Source: Campylobacterales bacterium (lineage in GTDB: Bacteria > Campylobacterota > Campylobacteria > Campylobacterales > Nitratiruptoraceae). From it: 64,000 bases of DNA. Each line of letters begins with the position of its first letter. Within the stretch, counting starts at the first letter, position 1. The notes under the pieces were generated by a model that worked only from the letters and a program-made list of their open reading frames with translations, was not told where the DNA came from and did not search any database. The stretch is taken from NCBI GenBank assembly GCA_027065825.1, contig JAMONM010000058.1, positions 38,958 through 102,957 on the forward strand, in the 5' to 3' direction. Position numbers and translations under genes: made by a program. Shown piece by piece: positions 19,934 through 29,520 of this stretch.

Positions 19934-20851
19934 CTAGTTTATATATGTGAGCATATGTTCGAAATCGGGGTCTTTGCCGTAGACCACGTCGAAATACGCC
20001 TTTTGAAGCTCTCTCGTCATATCGCCTCTGCGACCGTTTCCGATGACTCTGGCGTCAACCTCTCTTATCGGAGTAACTTCCGCGGCGGTTCCGGTAAAGA
20101 AAGCCTCGTCACAAATATACACTTCGTCTCTTGTGATTCTTCTTCTTTCGATTTTTATACCTTTTTTCTCAGCGATTTTTAAGACCGTATCCTGCGTGAT
20201 CGACTCGAGGGAGTTGTCGTTCGGGGGCGTGATCAAGACTCCGTCCCTGACTATAAAGAAACATTCGCCGCTCCCTTCGGCCACGAAGCCCTCTTCGTCC
20301 AGTAGCAGGGCCTCTTCGTATCCTGCTTCGAGCGCTTCGAACTTGGCCATCTGGCTGTTGAGGTAGTTGGCTACCGCTTTGGCTTTTCCCATTGTGGACT
20401 TTACCGAATTTCTGGCGAAAGAGCTGATTTTTACTCTAATACCGTTTTCCAGCCCTTCGTCTCCCAGGTAGCTTCCCCACTCCCACGCCGCTATGGCCAC
20501 GTTGACCGGAGCTTTTACGTGGTATAGTCCCATGATTCCGTATCCAAGATATATAAGAGGCCTAATGTATACGTTGGATTCGAATCGGTTTCTTTTTAGC
20601 AGTTCTATCTGAGCCTCTTCCAGCTCGCTGAGCGAATACGGCGGGGTAATGGCAGTGATCTTTGCGGAGTTGATTAGCCGCTTCGTATGGTCGGTAAGCC
20701 TAAAGATCGCCAGTCCCCGTTCGGTTTTATAGGCTCTCGTGCCTTCAAAGACACCGTTTCCGTAATGGAGCGTATGCGTCAGTACGTGTACTTTGGCGTC
20801 GTCCCATTTTACGAACTCTTTGTCCATCCAGATATAGTCGGCTTTTTTCAT
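19934..20851 (-). CDS. ilvE: Branched-chain amino acid aminotransferase
   Basis: HTLHYGNGVFEG, KAKAVANY, EGSGE, TGTAAEVTP motifs. Confidence 0.97.
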   Translation of the reverse strand: MKKADYIWMDKEFVKWDDAKVHVLTHTLHYGNGVFEGTRAYKTERGLAIFRLTDHTKRLINSAKITAITPPYSLSELEEAQIELLKRNRFESNVYIRPLIYLGYGIMGLYHVKAPVNVAIAAWEWGSYLGDEGLENGIRVKISSFARNSVKSTMGKAKAVANYLNSQMAKFEALEAGYEEALLLDEEGFVAEGSGECFFIVRDGVLITPPNDNSLESITQDTVLKIAEKKGIKIERRRITRDEVYICDEAFFTGTAAEVTPIREVDARVIGNGRRGDMTRELQKAYFDVVYGKDPDFEHMLTYIN

Positions 20852-20973
20852 CTTCTCTCCAAAAATGAATTTTAATCTCTAAAATTGGGATTAAGTCTAT
20901 CAAAATAATGATTAAAATATAATATGAACAACTTATAAAAAAGCCCGATCAGGAGAATAAAAGGAGATCAGCC

Positions 20974-22392
20974 ATGCAGGAGGCCAGGATATATTTCGGT
21001 TCCTCTCCGAAAAAGGGAGACACGTTACGCGAGATAAGGAGTCCTTTTAACGGCGAAGCGGTTACGCGTTATCCTGTCTGCGGCGCCGAGGACGCGAAGA
21101 GAGCCCTGGAAATAGCGAAAGAGGCTTTCGAAAAAAACAGAGAGGTCACGTTGGCTCAACGCGTGGCGTGGATCAGGGACGTAGCAGAAAGAATCAAAAG
21201 GGAAAAGGAGGAGTTCGCCCTGGCCATCACTAAAGAGGTGGCGAAACCGATAGCTTTTAGCAGAGTAGAGGTGGACAGATGCGTAGAGACTCTTACTCTT
21301 AGCGCCGACGCGGCGGTGGATCTGGGAGGAGAGACCATCAATACCGACGCCACCTTCAGCGGAAGGAAGAGCGTCGCGTTTTATAAAAGGGTTCCTCTTG
21401 GAGTGGTGGTGGCGATAACTCCGTTCAATTTTCCTCTCAATCTGGCCGCCCACAAACTTGGACCCGCGCTTGTGGCGGGCAACAGCGTGGTATTCAAACC
21501 GACTCCGGAAGCTCCCTATACCGGATATCTCTTGGCCAAAGCGTTTATAGAGAGCGAATACGCACCTAAAGATATGCTCAGCGTCGTTTACGGAGACGCG
21601 GAGGTGGGTTCGGCGCTCGTGGAGAGTCCGATTCCGCGCAAAATAAGTTTTACCGGCAGCGTCGAGGTGGGCAGAATAATTACAAGGAGCGCCGGAATAA
21701 AAAAGGTCTCTTTGGAGCTGGGAGGCAACGCGGCCACCTATATCGACAAAACGGCACAGATCGCTACCGCGGCCGCCAGATGCGCCGTAGGGGCTTTTAT
21801 CAACAGCGGACAGGTCTGCATATCCCTGCAAAGAATATATGTCCACGAAGATGTTTACGAGGAGTTCGCCGCCGAGTTGGCGCGTGAGACTTCGAAGCTG
21901 AAAGTCGGTGATCCCTACGATCCCGAAACGTTTATGGGGCCGCTGATCAACGAGGAGGCGGCTCAGCGAGCCTACAGATGGGTCCAAAGCGCTCTAAAGG
22001 CAGGCGCTCGTACCATACTTGAGCCCAAAGTGGAGGGCAGATACTTTTATCCGGCGATACTGGCCGACGTTACCGACGATATGCAGATAGTATGCGAGGA
22101 GGTTTTCGCTCCCGTAGTTAGCCTGGTCAGAGTTAGCGGTTACGAAGAGGCGATTAAACGGATGAACGACTCTCCCTACGGATTGCAGTTTTCCCTTTTT
22201 ACCAACGATCTGAGGCAGGCCGCCTCGTTTATAGAGGACGCGCAAGCGGGAGGAGTGGTTATCAACGATATACCAACCTTGAGATTCGATATACAGCCGT
22301 ACGGCGGAGTTAAGCTTTCGGGAATCGGTCGAGAGGGACCCAAGTTCGCTCTGGAAGACTATACGGAAATCAAATCGGTAGTGATTTTGTGA
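20974..22392 (+). CDS. NAD(P)-dependent aldehyde dehydrogenase (uncharacterised subfamily)
   Basis: ITPFNFP, FTGSVEVG, LELGG, catalytic GQVCIS, EEVFAP motifs. Confidence 0.92.
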   Translation: MQEARIYFGSSPKKGDTLREIRSPFNGEAVTRYPVCGAEDAKRALEIAKEAFEKNREVTLAQRVAWIRDVAERIKREKEEFALAITKEVAKPIAFSRVEVDRCVETLTLSADAAVDLGGETINTDATFSGRKSVAFYKRVPLGVVVAITPFNFPLNLAAHKLGPALVAGNSVVFKPTPEAPYTGYLLAKAFIESEYAPKDMLSVVYGDAEVGSALVESPIPRKISFTGSVEVGRIITRSAGIKKVSLELGGNAATYIDKTAQIATAAARCAVGAFINSGQVCISLQRIYVHEDVYEEFAAELARETSKLKVGDPYDPETFMGPLINEEAAQRAYRWVQSALKAGARTILEPKVEGRYFYPAILADVTDDMQIVCEEVFAPVVSLVRVSGYEEAIKRMNDSPYGLQFSLFTNDLRQAASFIEDAQAGGVVINDIPTLRFDIQPYGGVKLSGIGREGPKFALEDYTEIKSVVIL

Positions 22393-22393
22393 C

Positions 22394-22825
22394 ATGGTTG
22401 CCGTCAGTGCCTGTCTGTTGGGGCTTAACTGCAGATACGAGGGCGATCATAGACGCAGCGTGGATACGCAGGAGATTTTGAATAGACTCCAATGCAAAAA
22501 CGTTGTGCCATTCTGTCCTGAGGTAAATATTTTAGGAGCGCCGAGAGAACCGATAGATCTGTTTAGGTTTCACGATCGGATAGAGGCGGTAGGAAGAGAG
22601 AGCAAGAGGGTATACACGAAAAAGATTGAACTGGAAGCTGAAAGGTTTAAAAAGAGTTTCGACTCGGTAAACCTGTTCATATTCAAATCCAAATCGCCCA
22701 GCTGCGCTCTTTGCAGCGCCAAGGTCTATACTCCGGAAGGCGCCGTGATGGAAAAAAGAGCCAGTGGGATTTTTGCAAAAAAGATGAAAATTTGGTATAA
22801 AGATGCGAAATTTATGGAGATCTAA
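22394..22825 (+). CDS. DUF523 / 2-thiouracil desulfurase (TudS) family Fe-S protein
   Basis: SACLLGLNCRYEG, CPE, KSKSPSC motifs. Confidence 0.85.
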   Translation: MVAVSACLLGLNCRYEGDHRRSVDTQEILNRLQCKNVVPFCPEVNILGAPREPIDLFRFHDRIEAVGRESKRVYTKKIELEAERFKKSFDSVNLFIFKSKSPSCALCSAKVYTPEGAVMEKRASGIFAKKMKIWYKDAKFMEI

Positions 22826-22842
22826 AATCGAAGGAAACGAAA

Positions 22843-23313
22843 ATGTTGAAAGTAGGAGATTCCGCACCGCAGTTTTGCCTAAAAAACCAGGACGAGAACG
22901 AAATCTGCCTAAAGGATCTTAAAGGCAAGTGGGTGGTGCTCTATTTTTATCCAAAAGACAACACTCCCGGCTGTACCACCGAAGCTTGCGATTTTTCTGA
23001 GGAGTTTGACCGATTTGTTACTCTAGATGCGGTAATTTTGGGGGTCAGCCCCGATTCATGCGCCAGCCACAGAAAGTTTATAGATAAGAAAGGGCTGAAG
23101 ATAACTCTTTTGTGCGACGAGAACAAGGAGGTGCTCAAAGCGTACGGCGCATGGGGCAAAAAGAAGATGTACGGCAGAGAATACGAGGGAGTGATACGAA
23201 GCACCTTTTTGATAGATCCGGAGGGCAAGATAGCCCATATCTGGCCCAAAGTGAGAGTAAAGGGACACGTGGAGGAGGTTAAAAAGAGACTCGAAGAACT
23301 CAAGGAGGCGTAG
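22843..23313 (+). CDS. bcp: Thioredoxin-dependent peroxiredoxin Bcp
   Basis: YFYPKDNTPGCTTEAC motif. Confidence 0.96.
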   Translation: MLKVGDSAPQFCLKNQDENEICLKDLKGKWVVLYFYPKDNTPGCTTEACDFSEEFDRFVTLDAVILGVSPDSCASHRKFIDKKGLKITLLCDENKEVLKAYGAWGKKKMYGREYEGVIRSTFLIDPEGKIAHIWPKVRVKGHVEEVKKRLEELKEA

Positions 23314-23316
23314 ACG

Positions 23317-24588
23317 TTGGAGTATAGAAGCTATAACCAAAAAAGTTTTACCAAGGCGGAGAAAGTAAAAAGATATCTCTCCCCCTCCGAAATAGAGGAG
23401 ATCGAGGTAGTTTCCCAAGTTTTCCCGTTCAAGGTGAACAATTACGTAATCGAGAAGCTGATCGACTGGGACAACTATAGGGACGATCCGATATTTAGAC
23501 TCACTTTTCCTCATAGGGACATGCTCTTTGAGGATGATTACGAAAGAGTCAAGGCCTTGATGTTAAAAGGCGACAAGGAGGCTCTCAAAAGAGTCGTGGA
23601 CTCCATCAGACTGACTCTAAATCCCCATCCGGCGGATCAGCTCTCGAACGTACCAAAAATAGGGGAGAAGAGACTTTCTGGTTCTCAGCACAAATACAAA
23701 GAGACTATTTTGTTCTTTCCCAAACAGGGACAGACCTGTCACGCGTATTGCAGTTTCTGCTTTAGATGGCCCCAGTTTGTAGGAATGGAGGATCTAAAAT
23801 TCGCCTCCAAAGAGGTGGAGCTGTTAATAGAGTATATAAAAGCTCATCCGGAGATAACCGATATAATCTTTACGGGCGGAGATCCGCTGATAATGAGTAC
23901 GAGACTTCTTAGAGGGTACGTCGAACCTATTTTGGAGGCTAATATTCCGCATCTTAAAAATATCCGCTTTGGTACCAAGACGCTAGGCTTTTGGCCTTAT
24001 AGGTTCACTAGCGATCCGGATGCCCAAGATCTGCTGAATCTTTTTGAAGAGATTAGAAACAGGGGATACCATCTGGCCTTTATGGCTCACTTCAACCACT
24101 ATAGAGAGCTCGAAACTCCGGAGGTTAAGGAGGCGGTAGAGAAAATTTTAAAAACTGGAGCGGTAATCAGAACCCAGTCGCCCATTCTGAGACATATCAA
24201 CGACAGTGTCCACGTCTGGGAAAAGATGTGGAGAATGCAGGTAGAGATGGATATGATACCTTATTACATGTTCGTAGCCAGAGATACCGGGGCACAACAC
24301 TACTTCGGCGTTCCTCTGCACAGGGCTTGGGAGATATTCAGGGAGGCCTACTCCAGAGTAAGCGGAATAGCGAGAACCGTCAGAGGTCCGAGCATGTCTG
24401 CTTCTCCTGGCAAAATATGCGTAGAGGGCACGGCTGTTGTAGATGGGCGCAAAGTTTTTGTGCTGAGCATGATACAGGCCAAAAATCCATCCCTGGTAAA
24501 CAGACCTTTTTTCGCCGAATATAACGAAGAGGCCTACTGGATTGACGATTTAAAGCCCGCTTTTAGCGAAAAGTTCATCTTCGAATAG
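23317..24588 (+). CDS. KamA-family radical SAM/PLP aminomutase-like protein
   Basis: HKYKET, CHAYCSFCFR (CX3CX2C), FTGGDPL, AHFNH, TQSPILRHIND, PGK PLP-lysine. Confidence 0.85.
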   Translation: MEYRSYNQKSFTKAEKVKRYLSPSEIEEIEVVSQVFPFKVNNYVIEKLIDWDNYRDDPIFRLTFPHRDMLFEDDYERVKALMLKGDKEALKRVVDSIRLTLNPHPADQLSNVPKIGEKRLSGSQHKYKETILFFPKQGQTCHAYCSFCFRWPQFVGMEDLKFASKEVELLIEYIKAHPEITDIIFTGGDPLIMSTRLLRGYVEPILEANIPHLKNIRFGTKTLGFWPYRFTSDPDAQDLLNLFEEIRNRGYHLAFMAHFNHYRELETPEVKEAVEKILKTGAVIRTQSPILRHINDSVHVWEKMWRMQVEMDMIPYYMFVARDTGAQHYFGVPLHRAWEIFREAYSRVSGIARTVRGPSMSASPGKICVEGTAVVDGRKVFVLSMIQAKNPSLVNRPFFAEYNEEAYWIDDLKPAFSEKFIFE

Positions 24589-24601
24589 AGCGACTGCCGC
24601 G

Positions 24602-24622
24602 AAGGGATCTTCGATCCCTTTT
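24602..24622 (+). terminator. Probable intrinsic terminator after the KamA-like gene
   Basis: AAGGGATC-TTC-GATCCCTT stem followed by TT. Confidence 0.6.
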
Positions 24623-24670
24623 AAAAAGCTAAAATTAAGCATAAATTCAGTATAATCAGCTCGCCTTTTA

Positions 24671-24735
24671 CTACACACGCGTCAATCCTTGTAGAGGTTG
24701 CGGGAAACCGTTAAGGGGCGCGGAGGCAAAAACCC
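24671..24735 (+). ncRNA. rpsB 5' leader (t44-like S2 autoregulatory element)
   Basis: Follows TATAAT (24651-24656). Carries ACACAC at the 5' end and GGAGGCAAAAACCC at the 3' end, resembling the conserved t44/rpsB leader. Confidence 0.7.
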
Positions 24736-24754
24736 AAACATTCAAGGAGACACA

Positions 24755-25561
24755 ATGGTTACTATGAAGGACCTGCTAGAGTGCGGAGTTCACTTCGGTC
24801 ATCAGACCAGGAGATGGAACCCCAAAATGAAACCCTACATTTTCGGGGTTAGAAAGAATATTCACATAATCGACCTGCAAAAGACGCTGAGGTTTTTCAG
24901 ATATACCTACAACGTGGTCAGAGACGCCGCCAAAGAGGGACAGACAATACTCTTCGTCGGTACGAAAAAACAGGCTCAAAACGCGGTGGAAGAGTACGCC
25001 AAAAAGTGCGAAATGCCCTATGTTAATTCCAGATGGCTCGGCGGAACGCTGACGAACTTCAACACCATCAGAAAGTCGATCAGAAAACTCGAAGTTATAG
25101 AAGAGATGGAAAACAGCGGCCAGATGGATCTTTTGACCAAAAAAGAGGCCCTTATGCTAAAAAGAAGAAAAGAGAAACTGGAAAACTTTTTAGGCGGCAT
25201 AAGGGATATGAAGAAACTGCCGGATATGCTGTTTGTAATCGACGCTGTTAGAGAGCACATCGCCGTCAAAGAGGCTAACAAGCTGGGAATCCCGGTTGTT
25301 GCTCCTTTGGATACCAACTGCGATCCAGACGTTATAGACTATCCTATTCCCGGCAACGACGACGCCATAAGAAGCATACAGCTCTTTTGCAAAGAGATTT
25401 CCGAAGCCATCATTGAGGGCAGAGAACTCAGAGCGCAAGAACTGGCCGAAGAGGAAGAGGCAGAGAGCGAAAACCAGGAGGTAACTCAAGAGGAGATCGA
25501 AGAGACCATAGCAGAGGCCAAAGAGGAAGCGGCCCAAGAAGAAGCCAAGGAGGAAGAGTAA
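24755..25561 (+). CDS. rpsB: 30S ribosomal protein S2
   Basis: [38 protein letters not shown]; acidic tail; start at ATG 24755 with AAGGAG RBS. Confidence 0.98.
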   Translation: MVTMKDLLECGVHFGHQTRRWNPKMKPYIFGVRKNIHIIDLQKTLRFFRYTYNVVRDAAKEGQTILFVGTKKQAQNAVEEYAKKCEMPYVNSRWLGGTLTNFNTIRKSIRKLEVIEEMENSGQMDLLTKKEALMLKRRKEKLENFLGGIRDMKKLPDMLFVIDAVREHIAVKEANKLGIPVVAPLDTNCDPDVIDYPIPGNDDAIRSIQLFCKEISEAIIEGRELRAQELAEEEEAESENQEVTQEEIEETIAEAKEEAAQEEAKEEE

Positions 25562-26478
25562 TGGCTATATCCGCAGCAGAGGTTAAAAAACTTAGAGAGA
25601 TAACCGGCGCGGGGATGATGGATTGTAAAAAAGCCCTGCAAGAAGCCGAAGGAGATATGGACAAAGCGGTAGAGATACTGCGAAAAAAAGGTATCGCCAA
25701 AGCGGCTAAAAAAGCCGACAGGGTTGCCAGCGAAGGCGCCGTAACCGTAGAGATCAGCGATGATTTCAAATGCGCCACTATAAGCGAAATAAATTCCGAA
25801 ACCGATTTCGTGGCGCAAAACGACAACTTCAAAGAACTCGTCAAGAAAGCGACCAGACATATTCACGTAACCTCTCCCGAGGGGGTTGAAGATCTGTTGC
25901 AAACCGAGATAGACGGAGTGAAATTCGAAGAGTTTATGAAAGCTCAGATCGCCAAAATCGGAGAGAACATAGTCGTCAGAAGATTTGACAGAATATGTCT
26001 CGAGGGAAACGGAGTCGTAAACGGATATCTCCATATGGGAGGCAAAATCGGCGTAATAGTGGCGGCTACCTGCGATAAGCCCGAAGTTTGCGACTCTATT
26101 AAAGAGCTGCTCAAAGATATCGCTATGCATATAGCCGCTATGAATCCTAAATATCTGGATGAGAGCGCCGTTCCCCAAAACGTTTTGGAAAAAGAGGCTG
26201 AAATAGCCAGAGCTCAGCTGGCAAAAGAGGGCAAACCAGAAAACATTATCGAAAAGATTATACCCGGCAAGATCAAGAAGTTTATAGAGGAGAACACTCT
26301 CTTGGGGCAGAAGTTTGTCAAAGATGACAAAAAGAGCGTCAAGGAGGTTCTCGAAGCGGCCGCGAAAGCTGCCGGCGGAAGCGCTAAAATAGTTGAGTTC
26401 GTCCGATACGAACTCGGCGAAGGTATAGAGAAGAAACAGGACGATTTCGCCGCTGAAGTGGCGGCTCAGATGAAGTAG
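25561..26478 (+). CDS. tsf: Elongation factor Ts
   Basis: LREITGAGMMDCKKAL, EINSETDFVA motifs. Confidence 0.98.
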   Translation: MAISAAEVKKLREITGAGMMDCKKALQEAEGDMDKAVEILRKKGIAKAAKKADRVASEGAVTVEISDDFKCATISEINSETDFVAQNDNFKELVKKATRHIHVTSPEGVEDLLQTEIDGVKFEEFMKAQIAKIGENIVVRRFDRICLEGNGVVNGYLHMGGKIGVIVAATCDKPEVCDSIKELLKDIAMHIAAMNPKYLDESAVPQNVLEKEAEIARAQLAKEGKPENIIEKIIPGKIKKFIEENTLLGQKFVKDDKKSVKEVLEAAAKAAGGSAKIVEFVRYELGEGIEKKQDDFAAEVAAQMK

Positions 26479-26487
26479 GGGAGAGTT

Positions 26488-27156
26488 TTGGATTTCGAAA
26501 GCGGCTCTAAAGAGGTCGCTTCGATCCTGAGCGCGAGAGAACTTTCGCACTCTTTCGACTACCCTCTTTTTAGCGATATCTCCTTGGATATCGCTAAAAA
26601 AGAGAGCGTTGCCGTGGTAGGAGTCAGCGGCAGCGGAAAATCTACTTTGCTACATATACTATCCAGTTTTCTAAAACCCCAAAAGGGTAGAGTGGAGCTT
26701 TTCGGGGAGGATATATATTCGCTCGATTACTCCCGCGTTTTGAAAATTAGAAGAGAGTTGATCGGAATAGTGTTTCAGTCCCACTATCTCTTCAAGGGAT
26801 TTACGGCAAAGGAGAATATAGAGGTTGCCGCGCTTCTGGCCAAGACGGAGACCGATATGGATCTAATTAGAAGTTTCTCAATAGAAAGACTTCTAAACAA
26901 AAAGATCGGCGATCTTAGCGGAGGCGAACAGCAAAGAGTTTCGGTTGCTAGGGTTTTGACGAAAAAGCCGAGAATGATTTTTGCCGACGAGCCCACGGGA
27001 AACCTGGATTCCAAAACCGCGGAGGAGGTTATGGAGCAGGTATTTGAATATATCGATCGAAACGGCGCCGGTCTTTTTTTGGTTACCCACGATATGAGGC
27101 TGGCTTCCAGATGCGACAGACTCTACCGCTTGGAGGGCGGAGCTTTGGTTCAGTAG
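26488..27156 (+). CDS. ABC transporter ATP-binding protein (LolD-like)
   Basis: GVSGSGKST, LSGGEQQR, IFADEPTGNLD, VTHD motifs. Confidence 0.9.
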   Translation: MDFESGSKEVASILSARELSHSFDYPLFSDISLDIAKKESVAVVGVSGSGKSTLLHILSSFLKPQKGRVELFGEDIYSLDYSRVLKIRRELIGIVFQSHYLFKGFTAKENIEVAALLAKTETDMDLIRSFSIERLLNKKIGDLSGGEQQRVSVARVLTKKPRMIFADEPTGNLDSKTAEEVMEQVFEYIDRNGAGLFLVTHDMRLASRCDRLYRLEGGALVQ

Positions 27157-27668
27157 GGTTTCGACTCTTTTAGCATCCTTTCGAAATATCTTTTAAACAG
27201 TGCCGCTTTTTGGTAATCCCTATCTATCTGAAGCACCTCGTAGTTTGTATGAAATGCCGAATAGGAGAGATTTGCCGAGCCGCAAAGAACCGTTTTCGAG
27301 TCGACTATCATGAACTTTGCGTGCATTTTGCCGCGTCTTTTGCTTTTTTTGTAGGGTTTTCCCGATAGAGTGTAGCTGGATATGTTTTTATATTTTTCCA
27401 GATAACCTATACGGCTTTTGCCGCTTTTGAGGTTCCAGTCCCTGTCGTAGATAATTCTGATCTTTACTCCTCTTTTTGCGGCGTTTTTCAATCTTTTGGC
27501 TATCTTTTTGTCGGTGAAGGTGTATATGGCTATATCTATCGAATCGGTACTGGAGTCGATAATTTTATATAGCTTTTTTAGAGCCGCTTTCGAGTCGTAA
27601 GGCAAAAAGTAGATTTCGGAGCCAATCAGCGGTATTAGGCACAAAAGCAAAAAGAGTAACCTTCTCAT
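27150..27668 (-). CDS. Secreted phospholipase D-family nuclease (Nuc/NucT-like)
   Basis: Signal peptide; single HKD motif HAKFMIVD plus GSAN; sits next to chePep, as nucT does in H. pylori (from memory). Confidence 0.8.
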   Translation of the reverse strand: MRRLLFLLLCLIPLIGSEIYFLPYDSKAALKKLYKIIDSSTDSIDIAIYTFTDKKIAKRLKNAAKRGVKIRIIYDRDWNLKSGKSRIGYLEKYKNISSYTLSGKPYKKSKRRGKMHAKFMIVDSKTVLCGSANLSYSAFHTNYEVLQIDRDYQKAALFKRYFERMLKESKPY

Positions 27669-27760
27669 ATCCTCTCCTGTGACTATTAATGTTATTAAAG
27701 CAAAAAGATATTAAAATAATGAAGTTTTGATACTGTTAAATTCCTCTGATTGGAGAAAAG

Positions 27761-28573
27761 ATGGATCTTCTTCTCATTAACAAAAATCCTGTGGTTTCGA
27801 GGATGTTGAATCTGAGCGCTCCCAAGGCTGGGTTCGAAGTGAGCGAATGCGACAACGTATATGAACTGCCAAAGGGCTCCTTTGACGTTGTTTTGATCGA
27901 TGACGAAATGTATGACGAAAACTTTCTAAAAGAGATCAAAAGCGAACTGGATTTCAAGCAGTTGGGTATCATTACTTCGGCCAAAAACGCTGATACGGAA
28001 AGTTTCGATTTCGTTTTGATAAAACCGTTTTTGCCTACAGATCTGATAGAGCTGCTTAGAAGCATCAGGGCGAAAATAGAGTTTACCCAGTACGAGGACG
28101 TTTCGGAGGAGACAGAGGAGATCGTCGAGCTTGAAGAGAGCGATGAGGAGGAGCCTTTCGTTCCGGAAGAGGAGGTAGAAAAAAGCGGCGTACTGAACGA
28201 GGAGGAGATAGAGAGAGTTGCCGAACTGCTGGAAGATACCCCCGAATCTATTTTAACCGCTCCAAAAGAGGAGGAATCGCAGGAGGAGACGATCGAAGAA
28301 GAGACTCGATCTATCCAGGAAGAGGAGGAGAAACCGTCCATTCTCGAAAAGATGGATATAATGGAAAACGTACCTCCTAAGGAGCCCTCCGAGCCGAAAG
28401 AGGAGCCAGAAACGAAGAGCGCTCCCGTGCCCGATCCCCAAGAGTACAGCAGCGAAGAGAAGATAAAAGCGCTGATGGGGGTTTTGGATCTATATACCGT
28501 CAGAGAGCTGCTCGACGGAATGGAGATCACCATCAAAATAAACTTTAACAAGAAAAAGAAAAAAAAGAGATGA
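27761..28573 (+). CDS. chePep: ChePep-like chemotaxis regulator (receiver-like N-terminus, Glu-rich linker)
   Basis: Degenerate receiver domain (LLINKN...VLIDDE), poly-E/P region, conserved C-terminal helix; position directly upstream of gmk-tatA-argS. Confidence 0.75.
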   Translation: MDLLLINKNPVVSRMLNLSAPKAGFEVSECDNVYELPKGSFDVVLIDDEMYDENFLKEIKSELDFKQLGIITSAKNADTESFDFVLIKPFLPTDLIELLRSIRAKIEFTQYEDVSEETEEIVELEESDEEEPFVPEEEVEKSGVLNEEEIERVAELLEDTPESILTAPKEEESQEETIEEETRSIQEEEEKPSILEKMDIMENVPPKEPSEPKEEPETKSAPVPDPQEYSSEEKIKALMGVLDLYTVRELLDGMEITIKINFNKKKKKKR

Positions 28574-29184
28574 AAAAGGGTTCTTTACTGGTAATATCCG
28601 GTCCCAGCGGAGCCGGAAAGAGTTCTTTGATAGGTGCTATACTGGAGCGGTTTTCGGAGGTCTATTTCAGTATATCTACCACGACGCGTCCCAAAAGGGA
28701 GGGCGAAGTAGAGGGGAGAGACTACTTTTTCGTCTCCAAAGAGGAGTTTATGCAAGATGTGCGAAACGGCCTGTTTCTGGAGTGGGCCGAAGTGCACGGC
28801 AACTTCTACGGTACATCTTTAAAACCGGTATATGAGGCCCTGGATGCGGGAAAACTGGTGATTTTCGACATAGACGTTCAAGGACACGCCTCGATAAGGG
28901 AGAGATTTGACGAAATTACGACGTCGGTATTCGTGACGACTCCCGATATCGGCGAGCTGAGAAGGCGTCTGGAAAAACGGGGAACCGATTCCGATCAGAC
29001 CATACGTAGACGGCTTCAAAACGCTTTGGAGGAGATGCAAAGGGCTGTCGAGTACGACTATCTGCTGATAAACTCCGATTTGCAAAAAGCCCGCGAAGGG
29101 ATAGTGGCGATCGCTCATGCTGCCAGACTGAAATACTCGAAAGAGGAGTTCGCCCAATTTCTCGAAAACTGGTCAAAAGGGTGA
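28570..29184 (+). CDS. gmk: Guanylate kinase
   Basis: SGPSGAGKSS, SISTTTRPKR, EWAEVHGNFYGT motifs. Confidence 0.98.
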   Translation: MKKGSLLVISGPSGAGKSSLIGAILERFSEVYFSISTTTRPKREGEVEGRDYFFVSKEEFMQDVRNGLFLEWAEVHGNFYGTSLKPVYEALDAGKLVIFDIDVQGHASIRERFDEITTSVFVTTPDIGELRRRLEKRGTDSDQTIRRRLQNALEEMQRAVEYDYLLINSDLQKAREGIVAIAHAARLKYSKEEFAQFLENWSKG

Positions 29185-29258
29185 TTTATCCTTTTATTAG
29201 TTAAAAAAATGTAGTATTATATACTCGAATTACCGTACAGATATATAAAGGAGACAAT

Positions 29259-29498
29259 ATGGGTATGCCTAGTATGCCGGAACTTTTGGTGATTTTGGCG
29301 ATAGTCGTTCTGCTTTTCGGGGCAAAAAAGATTCCTGAGCTGGCCAAAGGACTCGGAAGCGGAATAAAGAACTTTAAAAAGGCCATGAAAGAGGACGAAG
29401 AGGAGATAGCGGTTTCGGAGAACAAAAAAGAGATCGAAGGCAAAGAGAGCGCGGCTCAGCAAAACAGTGCAGCTTCCGCCGAGAAAAAAGAGGCATAG
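29259..29498 (+). CDS. tatA: Twin-arginine translocase TatA/TatE subunit
   Basis: [34 protein letters not shown]. Confidence 0.96.
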   Translation: MGMPSMPELLVILAIVVLLFGAKKIPELAKGLGSGIKNFKKAMKEDEEEIAVSENKKEIEGKESAAQQNSAASAEKKEA

Positions 29499-29520
29499 TT
29501 AATTACATAAGGAACTGCGG

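Noticed and set aside
21025-21987. 320-aa antisense ORF over the aldehyde dehydrogenase
   Set aside because: Same in-register shadow effect; the translated sequence has no family features.
25486-26550. 354-aa antisense ORF over tsf
   Set aside because: It is in exact codon register with tsf. Antisense stops need sense TTA/CTA/TCA codons, which this highly expressed gene avoids. No RBS or recognisable motif.
28090-28460. Glu/Pro-rich low-complexity region as a tandem repeat or novel element
   Set aside because: Explained by the known acidic linker of ChePep; there is no regular DNA repeat unit.
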